The translations under genes and the position numbers were made by a program. Shown here in pieces: positions 46,506 to 56,349 of a DNA stretch of 64,000 nucleotides. The notes under the pieces were generated by a model. The model did no database searches, had not been told where the DNA came from, and saw only the letters and a list, made by a program, of their open reading frames with translations. Origin of the DNA: a virus (taxonomy: Duplodnaviria; Caudoviricetes); IMG/VR virus record IMGVR_UViG_3300001868_000007, positions 20,925 to 84,924 of that record; one strand, given 5' to 3'. Numbering within the stretch: the first letter of the stretch is position 1; each line of letters begins with the position of its first letter.

Positions 46506-47108
46506 ATGAACGCACAAGAATTTCAAAAAGCTCAGAAAACGAAGCTTCTCGCATGTTATGGTGAAACTCCAGAATCTTTGATTGAGAAAGCTCAGATTGA
46601 GAACGATCTTGAGAAGGGTGGTGAAGGTTCAAAGGGCGGCAAGATCATTGGTCATACCAAATCCGGTAAGCCAGTATATGAAAGTTCAGATCATTCTAAA
46701 CTTTCAGTAGCAGAGCATCGTGAAAGAGGTAGTAGTTTAAACTCTTACAATGAAGGAGCTCCTTCTCGAGATTCAGAAGAGGGACAAAAGAATCTAATTC
46801 TTTCAACTCATCATCGCCAATCTATTCTAGATCATTCTACAGATAAGGGTGAACATATTGGTCGCACGGAAAGTGGTAAATCAATATATTCGGAAGCAAA
46901 TCATCCGTCTCACGCTAATTTTACTCAAAAAGATCACAAAGACGCTGCAAGTCTACATCAAAGTCTACAGCGCGATCAAAATGCTCCCTCAAGAGACATG
47001 GAAGGAAGTTTAAAAGCAAGACATCATTACGATCAAGGTTATGCACATTCAGAAGCTTCTAAATCAAAAAAGAATCATAATAACTTATACGGAATCAATC
47101 AAGACTAA
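46506..47108 (+). CDS. Putative internal head protein (leader family, duplicated G.T.SGK..Y module)
   Basis: QEFQKAQKTKLLACYGE...IEKA...LEKGGEGSKGGKIIGHTKSGKPVY; second HIGRTESGKSIY. Confidence 0.7.
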   Translation: MNAQEFQKAQKTKLLACYGETPESLIEKAQIENDLEKGGEGSKGGKIIGHTKSGKPVYESSDHSKLSVAEHRERGSSLNSYNEGAPSRDSEEGQKNLILSTHHRQSILDHSTDKGEHIGRTESGKSIYSEANHPSHANFTQKDHKDAASLHQSLQRDQNAPSRDMEGSLKARHHYDQGYAHSEASKSKKNHNNLYGINQD

Positions 47109-47153
47109 AACGATGCTTTTAAGCAATTAATCTTCATATTTAAAACCACACAG

Positions 47154-47192
47154 AAAGAGTCTTACATTTAAAATCTGTAAGGCTCTTTTGTT
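47154..47192 (+). terminator. Rho-independent terminator
   Basis: AAAGAGTCTTACA/TGTAAGGCTCTTT stem followed by TGTTT. Confidence 0.7.
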
Positions 47193-47251
47193 TATAAACA
47201 AGAAAAAAGAGCTATTTTTAGGTTCACTTAAAACAAATTAAATTCATCGCA

Positions 47252-47638
47252 ATGGAAACAAAAACATCGCCTTTAAAAAGAAGTACAACTATTGTTATCA
47301 AAAACAATAACTATGACGTAACTTATCCAAACACCGGACAATCAATGGATATCGCTCTTCTTATAGCGAAAATCTCTGACGGCAATTACGACACTTTACG
47401 TTTCAGTACAAGTTCACTGCTTCAGGAACAAGCAGACAAAGTCGACATGATTGCTGTATTCAATACACTCATTCCTCAATTGAAACAAGATCTTACAGTA
47501 AAGTCACTATTCGATTTATCTGAAGAGCAATCAGATGAGTTACTTGTTGTTTACAAGGAGCAATTTTTGACTTGGTTCAGTCCAATCAAAGATGCTATCA
47601 AGAATCCAAAATCTCAAATTGCAAAAGATGAAAAATAA
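47252..47638 (+). CDS. Tail assembly chaperone
   Basis: Between tube and tape measure. Confidence 0.6.
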   Translation: METKTSPLKRSTTIVIKNNNYDVTYPNTGQSMDIALLIAKISDGNYDTLRFSTSSLLQEQADKVDMIAVFNTLIPQLKQDLTVKSLFDLSEEQSDELLVVYKEQFLTWFSPIKDAIKNPKSQIAKDEK

Positions 47639-47958
47639 TGGGATCCGAGCTAAAAACCTTTATGATAAGGTGGAGCAACGATCATCCCTTAGATAGGGGA
47701 TTTCGAGAGAAATACAAGATTTCTTTCAATTCACCACAACATCGAGAAATCAATCAATTTGACATTCTTCTTGAGTACTTAGAGAATGTTCTAATGCAAG
47801 AGTATGAAGAAAGGGTTGAATTAGACGTTAAGAATAGAGAACTGTACAACAAAGGTGTATGGCTTAACGAAAACGTCACAGAAGAAGAAAACGAAAGTTT
47901 CTTTGACAATCTTGATATTTCATCGATAAACGATAATTCTCAGCTACAAATAGAATAA
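47638..47958 (+). CDS. Second tail assembly chaperone (GT-like)
   Basis: In -1 frame to upstream gene, TAATG overlap; directly before tape measure. Confidence 0.55.
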   Translation: MGSELKTFMIRWSNDHPLDRGFREKYKISFNSPQHREINQFDILLEYLENVLMQEYEERVELDVKNRELYNKGVWLNENVTEEENESFFDNLDISSINDNSQLQIE

Positions 47959-50043
47959 ATGAGCAACTCAGTTAATGTCAATTTTAAGGTAGGTGGCGGC
48001 GATCTGCAGTCTTACATGAGCAATGTAAAACAGAAAGCTGATCAGTTATCTAATAGCATGATTGAGAACGCTAAAAAAGAAAATAGCGTAGCAAAAGATC
48101 AATTGCGTTCTTACGAGAAGCAAATAGCTGCCTTAGAGCGCAAAGCTCGTCTTCAAGTCACTCATTCCACTCAGGGAGCAGAACTTTCACGAACTTCTGG
48201 ATTATCTGAAATTACTTCTGATCTCAAAGAGCGATACGCTGAGATAAGTAGACAGCAAGCTGCCGGGAAAATTGATCCTCGCAAAGCTATGTCTCTCAGA
48301 GCTAACGCTTTAGAAGGATCATATCAACGAAAAGAAGAAACTGAAGACACTTATAAAGATGAGTTAAAACGCGTTAAAGACGAACAACGTGACGCTCAGA
48401 CTCTCATTAGAACGATGAGAGAAAACGTCGACACAGTAAAAGCAACATCTCAACAACAGTTGGGACAAATGCGAAAAGGCGATGAGTCTCTCGTTGATGC
48501 TGTAGAAGAAGGAGCGGATCCGTCAGCGAGATTAGCAAATCAACTTGCATCCCAAAAACATGCTGATGAATTAGCGAAAGAAGAGAAAAAGAAAGAAGTT
48601 AAGGATCAATCCACAAGTCAATTCGGACCATTCTTGAAAGCCTTAGCTTTTGAGAGAGTTGGTGGAATGGTAGCTGGAATGCCGGCAGCTAAAAACGAGC
48701 TCGACTACGCAAAACCAATGATGGCAGCAGCCGGAATGGCTTTGGGTGGATTAGCTGGTAATTTGATTGACGCTTTAAATGTAAAAGTTCTTGGAAGTGG
48801 TCTTGGTAATACAAGTTTTGGTGCACTAGGAGCTCAATTTGGAGAAAAGATTGGTGAATTTGCTGGTTCAGCTATTGAACGCTCTTATCGTAGTCGAGAC
48901 GAACTAACTACCTCAAATTTTAGACTTCAAGCTTTAACCGGAATGAATTTCGGAGTTAACGGAGTACAAGCTGATGGAGCTGGAGGAACTGGTTTATCAT
49001 CAATCACTAAAGACTTAGTTGAATACGGTTTGGACTTCAAAGAAACCGCTGCACTACAATTGAGATTAGCTCAAGCTCAAGGAACTGGTCGTAATTTAGG
49101 TAGTGGAGCAGAAAATGCATTAGCTGCAGAAGCTGGTTTAGGAGTAGCGACAGAAAGTTTCATGGGATTAACTGAGTTACTCAGATCCTCAATGAAAGAT
49201 AACAGAGATGTATTGAGATTGATGGGTGGAGTAGCAACTGCTGGGAAAGGAAACATATTTAAAGACGATAGAACGTTTTTAAACGAGTTCTTAACAAAGA
49301 ATTTCACTCAACTACAAAAGACATTACTTCAAACTCAAAATGCGGTAGCTTCCGGCACAACATTCGATATACTCAAACGATTTGATGCTGTCGGCGGACC
49401 TTTCGCTGCAAGAGATACTCGTTCGGGAGGATTAGTAAATACTATTCAAGGAGCGCTTGTAAGTCCAGGATCAGATAATTTGAAAGCTCTCTCCACAATT
49501 ATGTTGAGAAGAACTAATCCAAATATGGATTTCTTCGAACTTGAAAAGGAAAAGCAAAAAGGATTAGGCTCAGGAACATATCTGAAAAGTATGATTCAAG
49601 CTGTTCAAGGAATGGGTGGAACAGAATCTATGCAAAAGATGAACTTCGCCAATATGACTGGACTAAGCGGTAATTTAGCTGCAGCAGAATTATTATGGAG
49701 TAAGCGAAGCGGCATAATGAGTGGTAAGATTTCTGGACAAGAATTAGCTCCAGGAGGAGAATTTGGTGAAGGATCTATCCGAACTCTCGCCAAAGGTCAA
49801 ACTTCTGTTTACTCAAAAAGTACAGCTCAAATTGAGAATGCTTACATTGAAGATGCGGTCAAGGGAATCGGATTAATGAGTGAGAAAATGACGGGATTAT
49901 TTGGCAAAATGATGGATGGAGTAGCAATATACATTGATGAAAAAATGAAAGGATTATTGCACCAAACCACAGCGCCTGAGCCAGTTCGCAAAAATCAAAC
50001 AGTTAGGCCGATGGTATGCGGCAGTCGTCAATCGATTCAATAA
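47959..50043 (+). CDS. Tape measure protein
   Basis: Helical Ala/Gly/Leu-rich 694-aa ORF in the expected position. Confidence 0.7.
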   Translation: MSNSVNVNFKVGGGDLQSYMSNVKQKADQLSNSMIENAKKENSVAKDQLRSYEKQIAALERKARLQVTHSTQGAELSRTSGLSEITSDLKERYAEISRQQAAGKIDPRKAMSLRANALEGSYQRKEETEDTYKDELKRVKDEQRDAQTLIRTMRENVDTVKATSQQQLGQMRKGDESLVDAVEEGADPSARLANQLASQKHADELAKEEKKKEVKDQSTSQFGPFLKALAFERVGGMVAGMPAAKNELDYAKPMMAAAGMALGGLAGNLIDALNVKVLGSGLGNTSFGALGAQFGEKIGEFAGSAIERSYRSRDELTTSNFRLQALTGMNFGVNGVQADGAGGTGLSSITKDLVEYGLDFKETAALQLRLAQAQGTGRNLGSGAENALAAEAGLGVATESFMGLTELLRSSMKDNRDVLRLMGGVATAGKGNIFKDDRTFLNEFLTKNFTQLQKTLLQTQNAVASGTTFDILKRFDAVGGPFAARDTRSGGLVNTIQGALVSPGSDNLKALSTIMLRRTNPNMDFFELEKEKQKGLGSGTYLKSMIQAVQGMGGTESMQKMNFANMTGLSGNLAAAELLWSKRSGIMSGKISGQELAPGGEFGEGSIRTLAKGQTSVYSKSTAQIENAYIEDAVKGIGLMSEKMTGLFGKMMDGVAIYIDEKMKGLLHQTTAPEPVRKNQTVRPMVCGSRQSIQ

Positions 50044-50061
50044 TCAAAACAAAAGTAGATT

Positions 50062-53000
50062 GTGTCAGAAAATAAAACTTTAGTATACGAGGTTACGCAC
50101 AGCTCTCCAGAATTCAAAACTGTAGCTGATTATATACAAGACCCAACTTCTCCTGCACACGAATATATAGGAGATATGGACTCGTTTCTTTCTGTATTAC
50201 ATAAAGATGGGAAAACCACCAATAGACAAGTTATTGAAGCAGGATACAAAAAAAAGTGGGAAAAAGCAAAATATACACCTAACAAATCTGCCAATCAATT
50301 ATTTCTTCCTATTGGGACTAAATTAGCTATAGAAACAAACAAAAACGATCGAGGACTTGGATTGCTTACTCAAGGAATCGAGGTAGTAAGCAACGATATT
50401 CCTGTTTTTAAAGCGAGAGCTCTCGCTGAACTCGAAAGCGATAAAAGATATAGACTTATTTCTAAGCCTATTGACGGGAAACTTCAAGGCAAAATGAACG
50501 AAAGGTATCCAGATATGACTGTCTGGATGTGGTGTAGAGCTCTCTCGAACACTCAAGAGAACGAAGGGCAGATTGTCAACATTACTCCCTTTATTCAAAA
50601 AGTAAGTACAAATGTTGATAAAAATGGTGGAAATTTTCAACTTACTCTCCCTCCATTAGTATGCGAATTAGGAGAGAATAAAAAATGGATAATTAAGAAA
50701 AAAAGTTTACAGAATTATCAAACTTCTAAAAACAACTCTCTTCAAGGAGATGGATACGTAGCTGAGGCAAGTCTTTTCAAAATAGGTAAAGATGGAGGAC
50801 TGAAGAGAAATGAGCTCCTTTTCCACAATATTATTAGTTCAAACGATATGGTTTGGATTAGATTCGAAACATTAGAGATTGAAAAAGAACAAAGAGCTAA
50901 AGATAATGTTGATTTTTATATAGATAAATCCAATCTCGCTGGGAGAATTTACGATATGATTGGATTAGTTGATAGCAACATTCAAGTTGTTAATCCTCAA
51001 GATAATGATGTTACTATTCAAGTAAACGGTAGAGATTTAAGTAAACTCTTTATTGAGGATGGTTCGTATTTCTACGCTTTAGAAATGTCACAAGGACAAT
51101 TGAGTTTTGCAGGAGGATCTACACAACAAAACAGTTTGATGCAGAGAGTGTTCTCAGATAATGCTCTACAATATTTCAATTCATACTTCAATAACTCTAT
51201 TGAAAACGTATTAAAGTTCGTTATACAGCAGCTCTCTACCATCAAAGTGGTACCAGATAATTTATTTACTTCCTATGGAAACAGGAGAAATAAAAAATTC
51301 AACGAAGGAGCGCAATCAAAACAACTTAAAGCTCAGAGAGATAGTTTACAAGATATTGAAAAGAAAGCTAAAGAAAGTATCAAAGCTCTTCGAATCGAAG
51401 TTCAATTAACTGAGTCTCAACCCTCTACTGAAAGCAGAGAAATAGATACTATCTGGTATAAATTACTTGATTTTATGAGTGCTTTACGAACTCAAAAAGT
51501 AAGAGAAAATAACGGAACCAATACGACTGGATGGAAATCTTTCGCTTATACAACTTCCTCAGGGAAGGAAGATATAATAGCTAACACTCTTCCTCAATAT
51601 TTCTTCAGCAATCTCCATATTACACTGTATTACACAAAAGCTCAAGTTTTTAAAAAAGTAGAACAGAGTTTATTTAACGACATAGATAAGTATCTAGATC
51701 TGAAAGAATCTCAACCTCAAAATCAGGAACTTTGGACAGAAGATTTAGCTAATGGTGTTTGGCAAATAATAAAATTAGTAATCGACGATGGCGTAACTCA
51801 AAGAAGAATCGTTGATAGCTCTATGTCATCAGCTAATGGATCTCTATTGAATTTTATCAGAAAAGTATGTCAAGAACCCTTCGTTGAGTTCTACATGGAT
51901 ACATACGGCGACACATATAACTTGATAGTTAGAAAGCCACCTTACGATAGAAGTGGAGTAGTGTCGATGTTAAACGGTACAACTAACGTTGAAGGTGATA
52001 GTAGTAAAGAGACTAAGATAACATCAACAGTCATCGATATTGAACCAGAAGATGTTCTTCGTGAAGAATTATCTTACAACGATGGGAACGTTGCTACATG
52101 GTATCACTTGATACCTCAAGCGAATTTTGTTGGCAACTCATCAACTTGGTCTTTATCTTATTTGCCTGCTGTATTTCTTCAAGAATACGCCGATATCTGG
52201 GGATCGAGACCTATGCAATGCATTCATAATTACATGCCTTACATGCTTCTTAATCCTTCAGAAACAACTTTAGATATTTGCGAAAAACAAGCCTTTGAAG
52301 ATTTAAAATATATAGTTGAGTGCAACGCTTATTTACCATTCACTCGCAGAGGAACACTTTCTCTCAATGGAGATCGTCGATTGAAGTATGGAAATATCGT
52401 TCGCTATAAAAGCACAGGAGAAATCTTCTTCATTGATCACGTGCAACAGAATTTCTCTATAAGCGAGAACTCTATCGATCGAACTTCAACTGTTCAAGTA
52501 AGTCGAGGAATGAAAGAGGTTTTGATCAATGGAGTAGCTGTTGTAGACGAGATCTTAGGAGAATCTGGATCAACCTTTAGCTATTTCGATATAGTTAACA
52601 CAAACCTCAATACATCTGTAACTAAAGAGTACACTAAAACAACAACAGAGAAGGTTCAAGTAGGGAGTAAAAAAGAGACTCAAATCAAATCAGAAATTGA
52701 TAATCTTTTCACAAATGTCAACAAATACAAGGGATATAAATGGGTCTTAGGTACTTCAGGAGAAGGAGAGAAAATTGATTGCAGCGGCTTTGTTTCTAAG
52801 GTTCTCCAGTTATCAGGAGTAAAGATCGCTCGCACCACAGCAGAAGAAATTATGAAGAAATCAAAAGATTTGAAACCTGTTGAATTCTTTGACGCTACAA
52901 GCTTACAAGAGGGAGATGTGATTGGATTAGGTACTCAAAAAGATAAAGGAAAGAAAATTTATGGAATAGATCACATAGCCATAGTAGTGAAGAATTCGTC

Positions 53001-53388
53001 CACAGGGAAGTTAGAGTTAGCTGAGAGCGCAAGTAAAGTAGGAGTTAGATCTCGACCTTTAGCTGAGATTCTTCCTCATTATAACGAAATATCTCTTCGT
53101 AAATACGTAGGTAATTTTAGAACACCTATTGAAAACACAATAGTAGAGACACCTATATATGAGACGAGAATAATTACTACAAAGAAAAAAGATATTGATA
53201 GATCGAAAGTTTTTAGTAACTTTAGAGTCTTTAAGAGTTGTTTTAATTTCTTTTTAAGAAGATTAATGAATGATGACCGATTAGTTACTAATTTACTTCA
53301 CGAAGCAAGTGTAACCAATAAAAACATCAATCGCTTCTCAGATGAAGAAATCAAAATGTACAAAGATATATTTAAAATCAATCAATAA
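50062..53388 (+). CDS. Baseplate hub protein with inserted NlpC/P60 peptidase domain
   Basis: V.GRDLSK.F, PF.E.Y.DT hub motifs; Y.W..G....IDCSGFV...DHIAIV NlpC/P60 Cys-His dyad. Confidence 0.85.
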   Translation: MSENKTLVYEVTHSSPEFKTVADYIQDPTSPAHEYIGDMDSFLSVLHKDGKTTNRQVIEAGYKKKWEKAKYTPNKSANQLFLPIGTKLAIETNKNDRGLGLLTQGIEVVSNDIPVFKARALAELESDKRYRLISKPIDGKLQGKMNERYPDMTVWMWCRALSNTQENEGQIVNITPFIQKVSTNVDKNGGNFQLTLPPLVCELGENKKWIIKKKSLQNYQTSKNNSLQGDGYVAEASLFKIGKDGGLKRNELLFHNIISSNDMVWIRFETLEIEKEQRAKDNVDFYIDKSNLAGRIYDMIGLVDSNIQVVNPQDNDVTIQVNGRDLSKLFIEDGSYFYALEMSQGQLSFAGGSTQQNSLMQRVFSDNALQYFNSYFNNSIENVLKFVIQQLSTIKVVPDNLFTSYGNRRNKKFNEGAQSKQLKAQRDSLQDIEKKAKESIKALRIEVQLTESQPSTESREIDTIWYKLLDFMSALRTQKVRENNGTNTTGWKSFAYTTSSGKEDIIANTLPQYFFSNLHITLYYTKAQVFKKVEQSLFNDIDKYLDLKESQPQNQELWTEDLANGVWQIIKLVIDDGVTQRRIVDSSMSSANGSLLNFIRKVCQEPFVEFYMDTYGDTYNLIVRKPPYDRSGVVSMLNGTTNVEGDSSKETKITSTVIDIEPEDVLREELSYNDGNVATWYHLIPQANFVGNSSTWSLSYLPAVFLQEYADIWGSRPMQCIHNYMPYMLLNPSETTLDICEKQAFEDLKYIVECNAYLPFTRRGTLSLNGDRRLKYGNIVRYKSTGEIFFIDHVQQNFSISENSIDRTSTVQVSRGMKEVLINGVAVVDEILGESGSTFSYFDIVNTNLNTSVTKEYTKTTTEKVQVGSKKETQIKSEIDNLFTNVNKYKGYKWVLGTSGEGEKIDCSGFVSKVLQLSGVKIARTTAEEIMKKSKDLKPVEFFDATSLQEGDVIGLGTQKDKGKKIYGIDHIAIVVKNSSTGKLELAESASKVGVRSRPLAEILPHYNEISLRKYVGNFRTPIENTIVETPIYETRIITTKKKDIDRSKVFSNFRVFKSCFNFFLRRLMNDDRLVTNLLHEASVTNKNINRFSDEEIKMYKDIFKINQ

Positions 53389-53409
53389 AACTTAATTAAT
53401 ATATAATTA

Positions 53410-53844
53410 TGAACGATTTTATATCTCATCAAGCAGAAAAGATATTAGCGTGTTACACAGATAATTCGTTAAATTCATGTATAAATAAAGCCGAAGAAAA
53501 ATGATCTTGAAAAGAGTGGCGAAGGCTCCAAAGGTGGCAAAATCATAGGACATACTAAATCCGGGAAACCCATTTACAGCAGCACATATCCTGATGAAAG
53601 TTCACATCTTCATTTTTCAAGAGAAGATCTCACAGATGCAATTCAAGCATATAAAGATTATGATCATTCTTTAATGGTTGAATACGATAATCACGGAAAA
53701 GCAATGAAACAAGCTCTTAAAGAGAAAGATAAAAAATCTCACGCTAAAAGTCAACGAGATAGAGCAGAAGTCAATCGTGAACGAGATTTTCAATGGATGT
53801 TCAAGCAAAAACACGAAGAAACTCTTAAGAATAAAAAGGATTAA
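53410..53844 (+). pseudogene. Leader-family protein split by a frameshift in an A5 run (53496-53501)
   Basis: Frame 1 MNDFISHQAEKILACY...KAEEK*; other frame NDLEKSGEGSKGGKIIGHTKSGKPIY...KD* ending in a TAATG overlap with the next gene; missed by ORF track. Confidence 0.8.
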
Positions 53845-54689
53845 TGAATAACGAATTCAACTCAGTTGGGAAAACTGGCCAATCAGGAGAGCAGTGGTCT
53901 GTAGGAATAGCCTATATAGCTCTTCCTTCAGATGTAGAGAGAGAGATTTATATTAGAGAGTGTTATCAAAACAGTCGTGTCTCAATTTGGTCTGAAGACG
54001 CTGGTTTTCTCAATCGCGTACCAATAGACTCAGATACGATCAACTTCATTGAATTCCCCGAAGTCTTAGAAAAATTCGGAACTGCAGTAGTTTTCGTAAC
54101 TGAACCAATACATAAGCAGCCTATCATCATTGGAAGGTTGCCTAAAACAGATGAATTAGGAGAGTTGAAAGAGAATCAATTCAAAATCAAAAGGAAACTT
54201 GGTAACAAAATTGTTGAAATATCAGGTTCACCAGAAAAGGGAGTTCTTAATTTAATTGTAAACGCAGAGAGTGAAGGTGGCTCCATCAATATCTCTCTTG
54301 TTAACGTAAATGATAACGGAGAACTAAGTTTAAGTGTAGCTGGCGACGTTAAAATAGATGCAACAGGCAATATAGAGTTTCTTCAAAAGAAAAGGTTCTA
54401 TGTAAATACAGTAGGAGAAGATGGAAAGGATGATAGTGAAGCATCTTATGAGCAAACTAGTGAAGAACACAGATTTGGTGGGAAGAAGATAATTGTAAAC
54501 GAAGGAGAAGATCCAATGGTTCTCGGCAATGCATTAAACAAAATTCTTGGACAATTTATAGATAAGGTAGCTGCGATCACTGTTACAACAGTGTTAGGAG
54601 TATCTCCTATTCTCAATGCACCAGATGTTCTTCTTCTTAAAAAAGATCTCAAAAATATTCTTTCTAGCGAAGGATTCTTAAAACAATAA
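53844..54689 (+). CDS. Baseplate spike / gpV-gp45-like protein
   Basis: OB-fold-like FP......GT.VV.V....QP.IIG; beta-repeat C-terminus; PMVLG. Confidence 0.65.
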   Translation: MNNEFNSVGKTGQSGEQWSVGIAYIALPSDVEREIYIRECYQNSRVSIWSEDAGFLNRVPIDSDTINFIEFPEVLEKFGTAVVFVTEPIHKQPIIIGRLPKTDELGELKENQFKIKRKLGNKIVEISGSPEKGVLNLIVNAESEGGSINISLVNVNDNGELSLSVAGDVKIDATGNIEFLQKKRFYVNTVGEDGKDDSEASYEQTSEEHRFGGKKIIVNEGEDPMVLGNALNKILGQFIDKVAAITVTTVLGVSPILNAPDVLLLKKDLKNILSSEGFLKQ

Positions 54690-54691
54690 TT

Positions 54692-55411
54692 ATGGCAAAC
54701 GATATTGTAGATTACGCTAGTCTTTTAGGAGGAGTTGGTAGAGCTGTTTTAAATATTCAATTTCCTAAAGAATTTGAGTTATATATGTGCGCTTTGGAGC
54801 TTATTGATCAAGAAGGAACAACTTTGAGATACTTCATTTTCCCAGTGATGCCTTCAAGCATAGAGGAAACGCAACCTCAGATCACCAATATCAAGAAATC
54901 TTTAGCGGGAATAACTGTTTTATCTAATCCAACTTTTGTACCTGGAGACGTTTCTTTGTCGGGAAATTTTGGTCGGAAATTTAGAATTTTATTAGGAAAT
55001 AATTATGAAGATCTGATTTCGTCTTTTAAACGCAAAGACAGTAGAGAGAAAGCTTTCAAAACTCAAGTATTTGATTCAAGAATCAAAACTGGGTATGGTT
55101 GCTGTAAAATTCTTGAAGAGATTGTTGCTGAGTCGAAAATAGTAGATGAGAAAGGTATTCGAAGATTAATTTTCTATAATCCTGCTTTGGGGAATAATTA
55201 CTTAGTTAAGCCACTAAATTTGAAGTTCTCTATGTCTCAAGAAAGCAATATGATATGGAATTACTCATTAACTCTCAAAACCGTTGCTTCTCTTGAATCT
55301 TTCAATAGTACCTTAGAAACAAAACAAAGCGAAGAAAGATTAGTAACGACAGGATATGCTCAAAAACAAATGGGAAGAGTGTTGAGTGCACTAACTTCAA
55401 TTTTAAGATAA
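54692..55411 (+). CDS. Baseplate/tube initiator-like protein
   Basis: F.FPV.PSS, I.LSG.FG, L.FYN, M.WNYSL.L; synteny. Confidence 0.6.
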   Translation: MANDIVDYASLLGGVGRAVLNIQFPKEFELYMCALELIDQEGTTLRYFIFPVMPSSIEETQPQITNIKKSLAGITVLSNPTFVPGDVSLSGNFGRKFRILLGNNYEDLISSFKRKDSREKAFKTQVFDSRIKTGYGCCKILEEIVAESKIVDEKGIRRLIFYNPALGNNYLVKPLNLKFSMSQESNMIWNYSLTLKTVASLESFNSTLETKQSEERLVTTGYAQKQMGRVLSALTSILR

Positions 55412-55413
55412 AC

Positions 55414-56349
55414 ATGCAACTAACCAAAGAAATACTAAGAGAATTTAAAAAGATAACTTCTAAAGACGTTGAGTTATTTCTACTCAAAGCTCTAAGCTTC
55501 TTCTCAATTGAATATCAAGAAATAGTTTCTTATTACTCAGGAGAATCAACCAATATATCTAGTAAGCCTTTCGAAGTTTTTGAAAAAATAAAAAAAGAAA
55601 GAGATGAGATGTTTTCGACTTTTCAATTACACAGCAAACAATTAAATAATGCAAAATGGTGGTTGTTGCTAGAGCAAATAGAAGAGATTGACAGTAGACT
55701 TAAAACGTTAGATAATATCAATAAGTGGAGTAGGTCTTCGTTAACCAAAGTAGGATTCAGTTCTGATTTATCTGTACAATATACTTTGAAACAGAATCAA
55801 AGTCTAGAAAAAGTGGTTTCAGATGTTTTAAATTCTTCGAATAGCGAAGAATGGGTGAATTTAGCTATTCAAAACGACTTAACTGAAGAACAATACTCAC
55901 TTGAAGGAGGAGTCGATCTTCAGCTTAAATTCCCTCAAGTGAATAGAGGAATCAGAGTCGAGTCTGTAGTAGACATAATGATAAGCAAGAGTATCTACGG
56001 TAAAGATTTGTCGAAAAAATTACAATTCTCCTCCACTCAAGAAGACTTAAAAGTGTTAGGATATGACGAGACGATTACTCAGAGTGTAGATATTTTATCG
56101 CAACTCAAAAAAGAAGACAATCCAGATTTTCCAAACCAAGGATTACAATCGACTATAGCTGTAGGAGCGAATCGAGCAACGTTGAATTTCCCGATCATTC
56201 AAAGGCAGATGAAAGAAACTTTTGCTACTGACGATACATTGAAGGAATTTATTTTGACAGGATTGACTATCGAGCAAGATAATTTATCAATGAGTTATGA
56301 GGTACAGACAAGGTTGAGTGAGACGTATGACGGACAGGTTATTGTTTAA
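55414..56349 (+). CDS. Baseplate wedge protein (LysM-like + gp25-like)
   Basis: Y.LKQ.QSLE.V...W..LA..NDL LysM-like segment; P.FP.QG C-terminal domain. Confidence 0.6.
   Translation: MQLTKEILREFKKITSKDVELFLLKALSFFSIEYQEIVSYYSGESTNISSKPFEVFEKIKKERDEMFSTFQLHSKQLNNAKWWLLLEQIEEIDSRLKTLDNINKWSRSSLTKVGFSSDLSVQYTLKQNQSLEKVVSDVLNSSNSEEWVNLAIQNDLTEEQYSLEGGVDLQLKFPQVNRGIRVESVVDIMISKSIYGKDLSKKLQFSSTQEDLKVLGYDETITQSVDILSQLKKEDNPDFPNQGLQSTIAVGANRATLNFPIIQRQMKETFATDDTLKEFILTGLTIEQDNLSMSYEVQTRLSETYDGQVIV

Larger units (their letters stand above)
41899..53576 (+). repeat. 72-bp exact dispersed repeat (41899-41970 and 53505-53576)
   Basis: TCTTGAAAAGAGTGGCGAAGGCTCCAAAGGTGGCAAAATCATAGGACATACTAAATCCGGGAAACCCATTTA, encoding LEKSGEGSKGGKIIGHTKSGKPI. 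Confidence 0.95.

Noticed and set aside
50062-53388. NlpC/P60 domain in the hub as novel
   Set aside because: Tail-associated cell-wall peptidases in hub proteins are standard in K/SPO1-type tails
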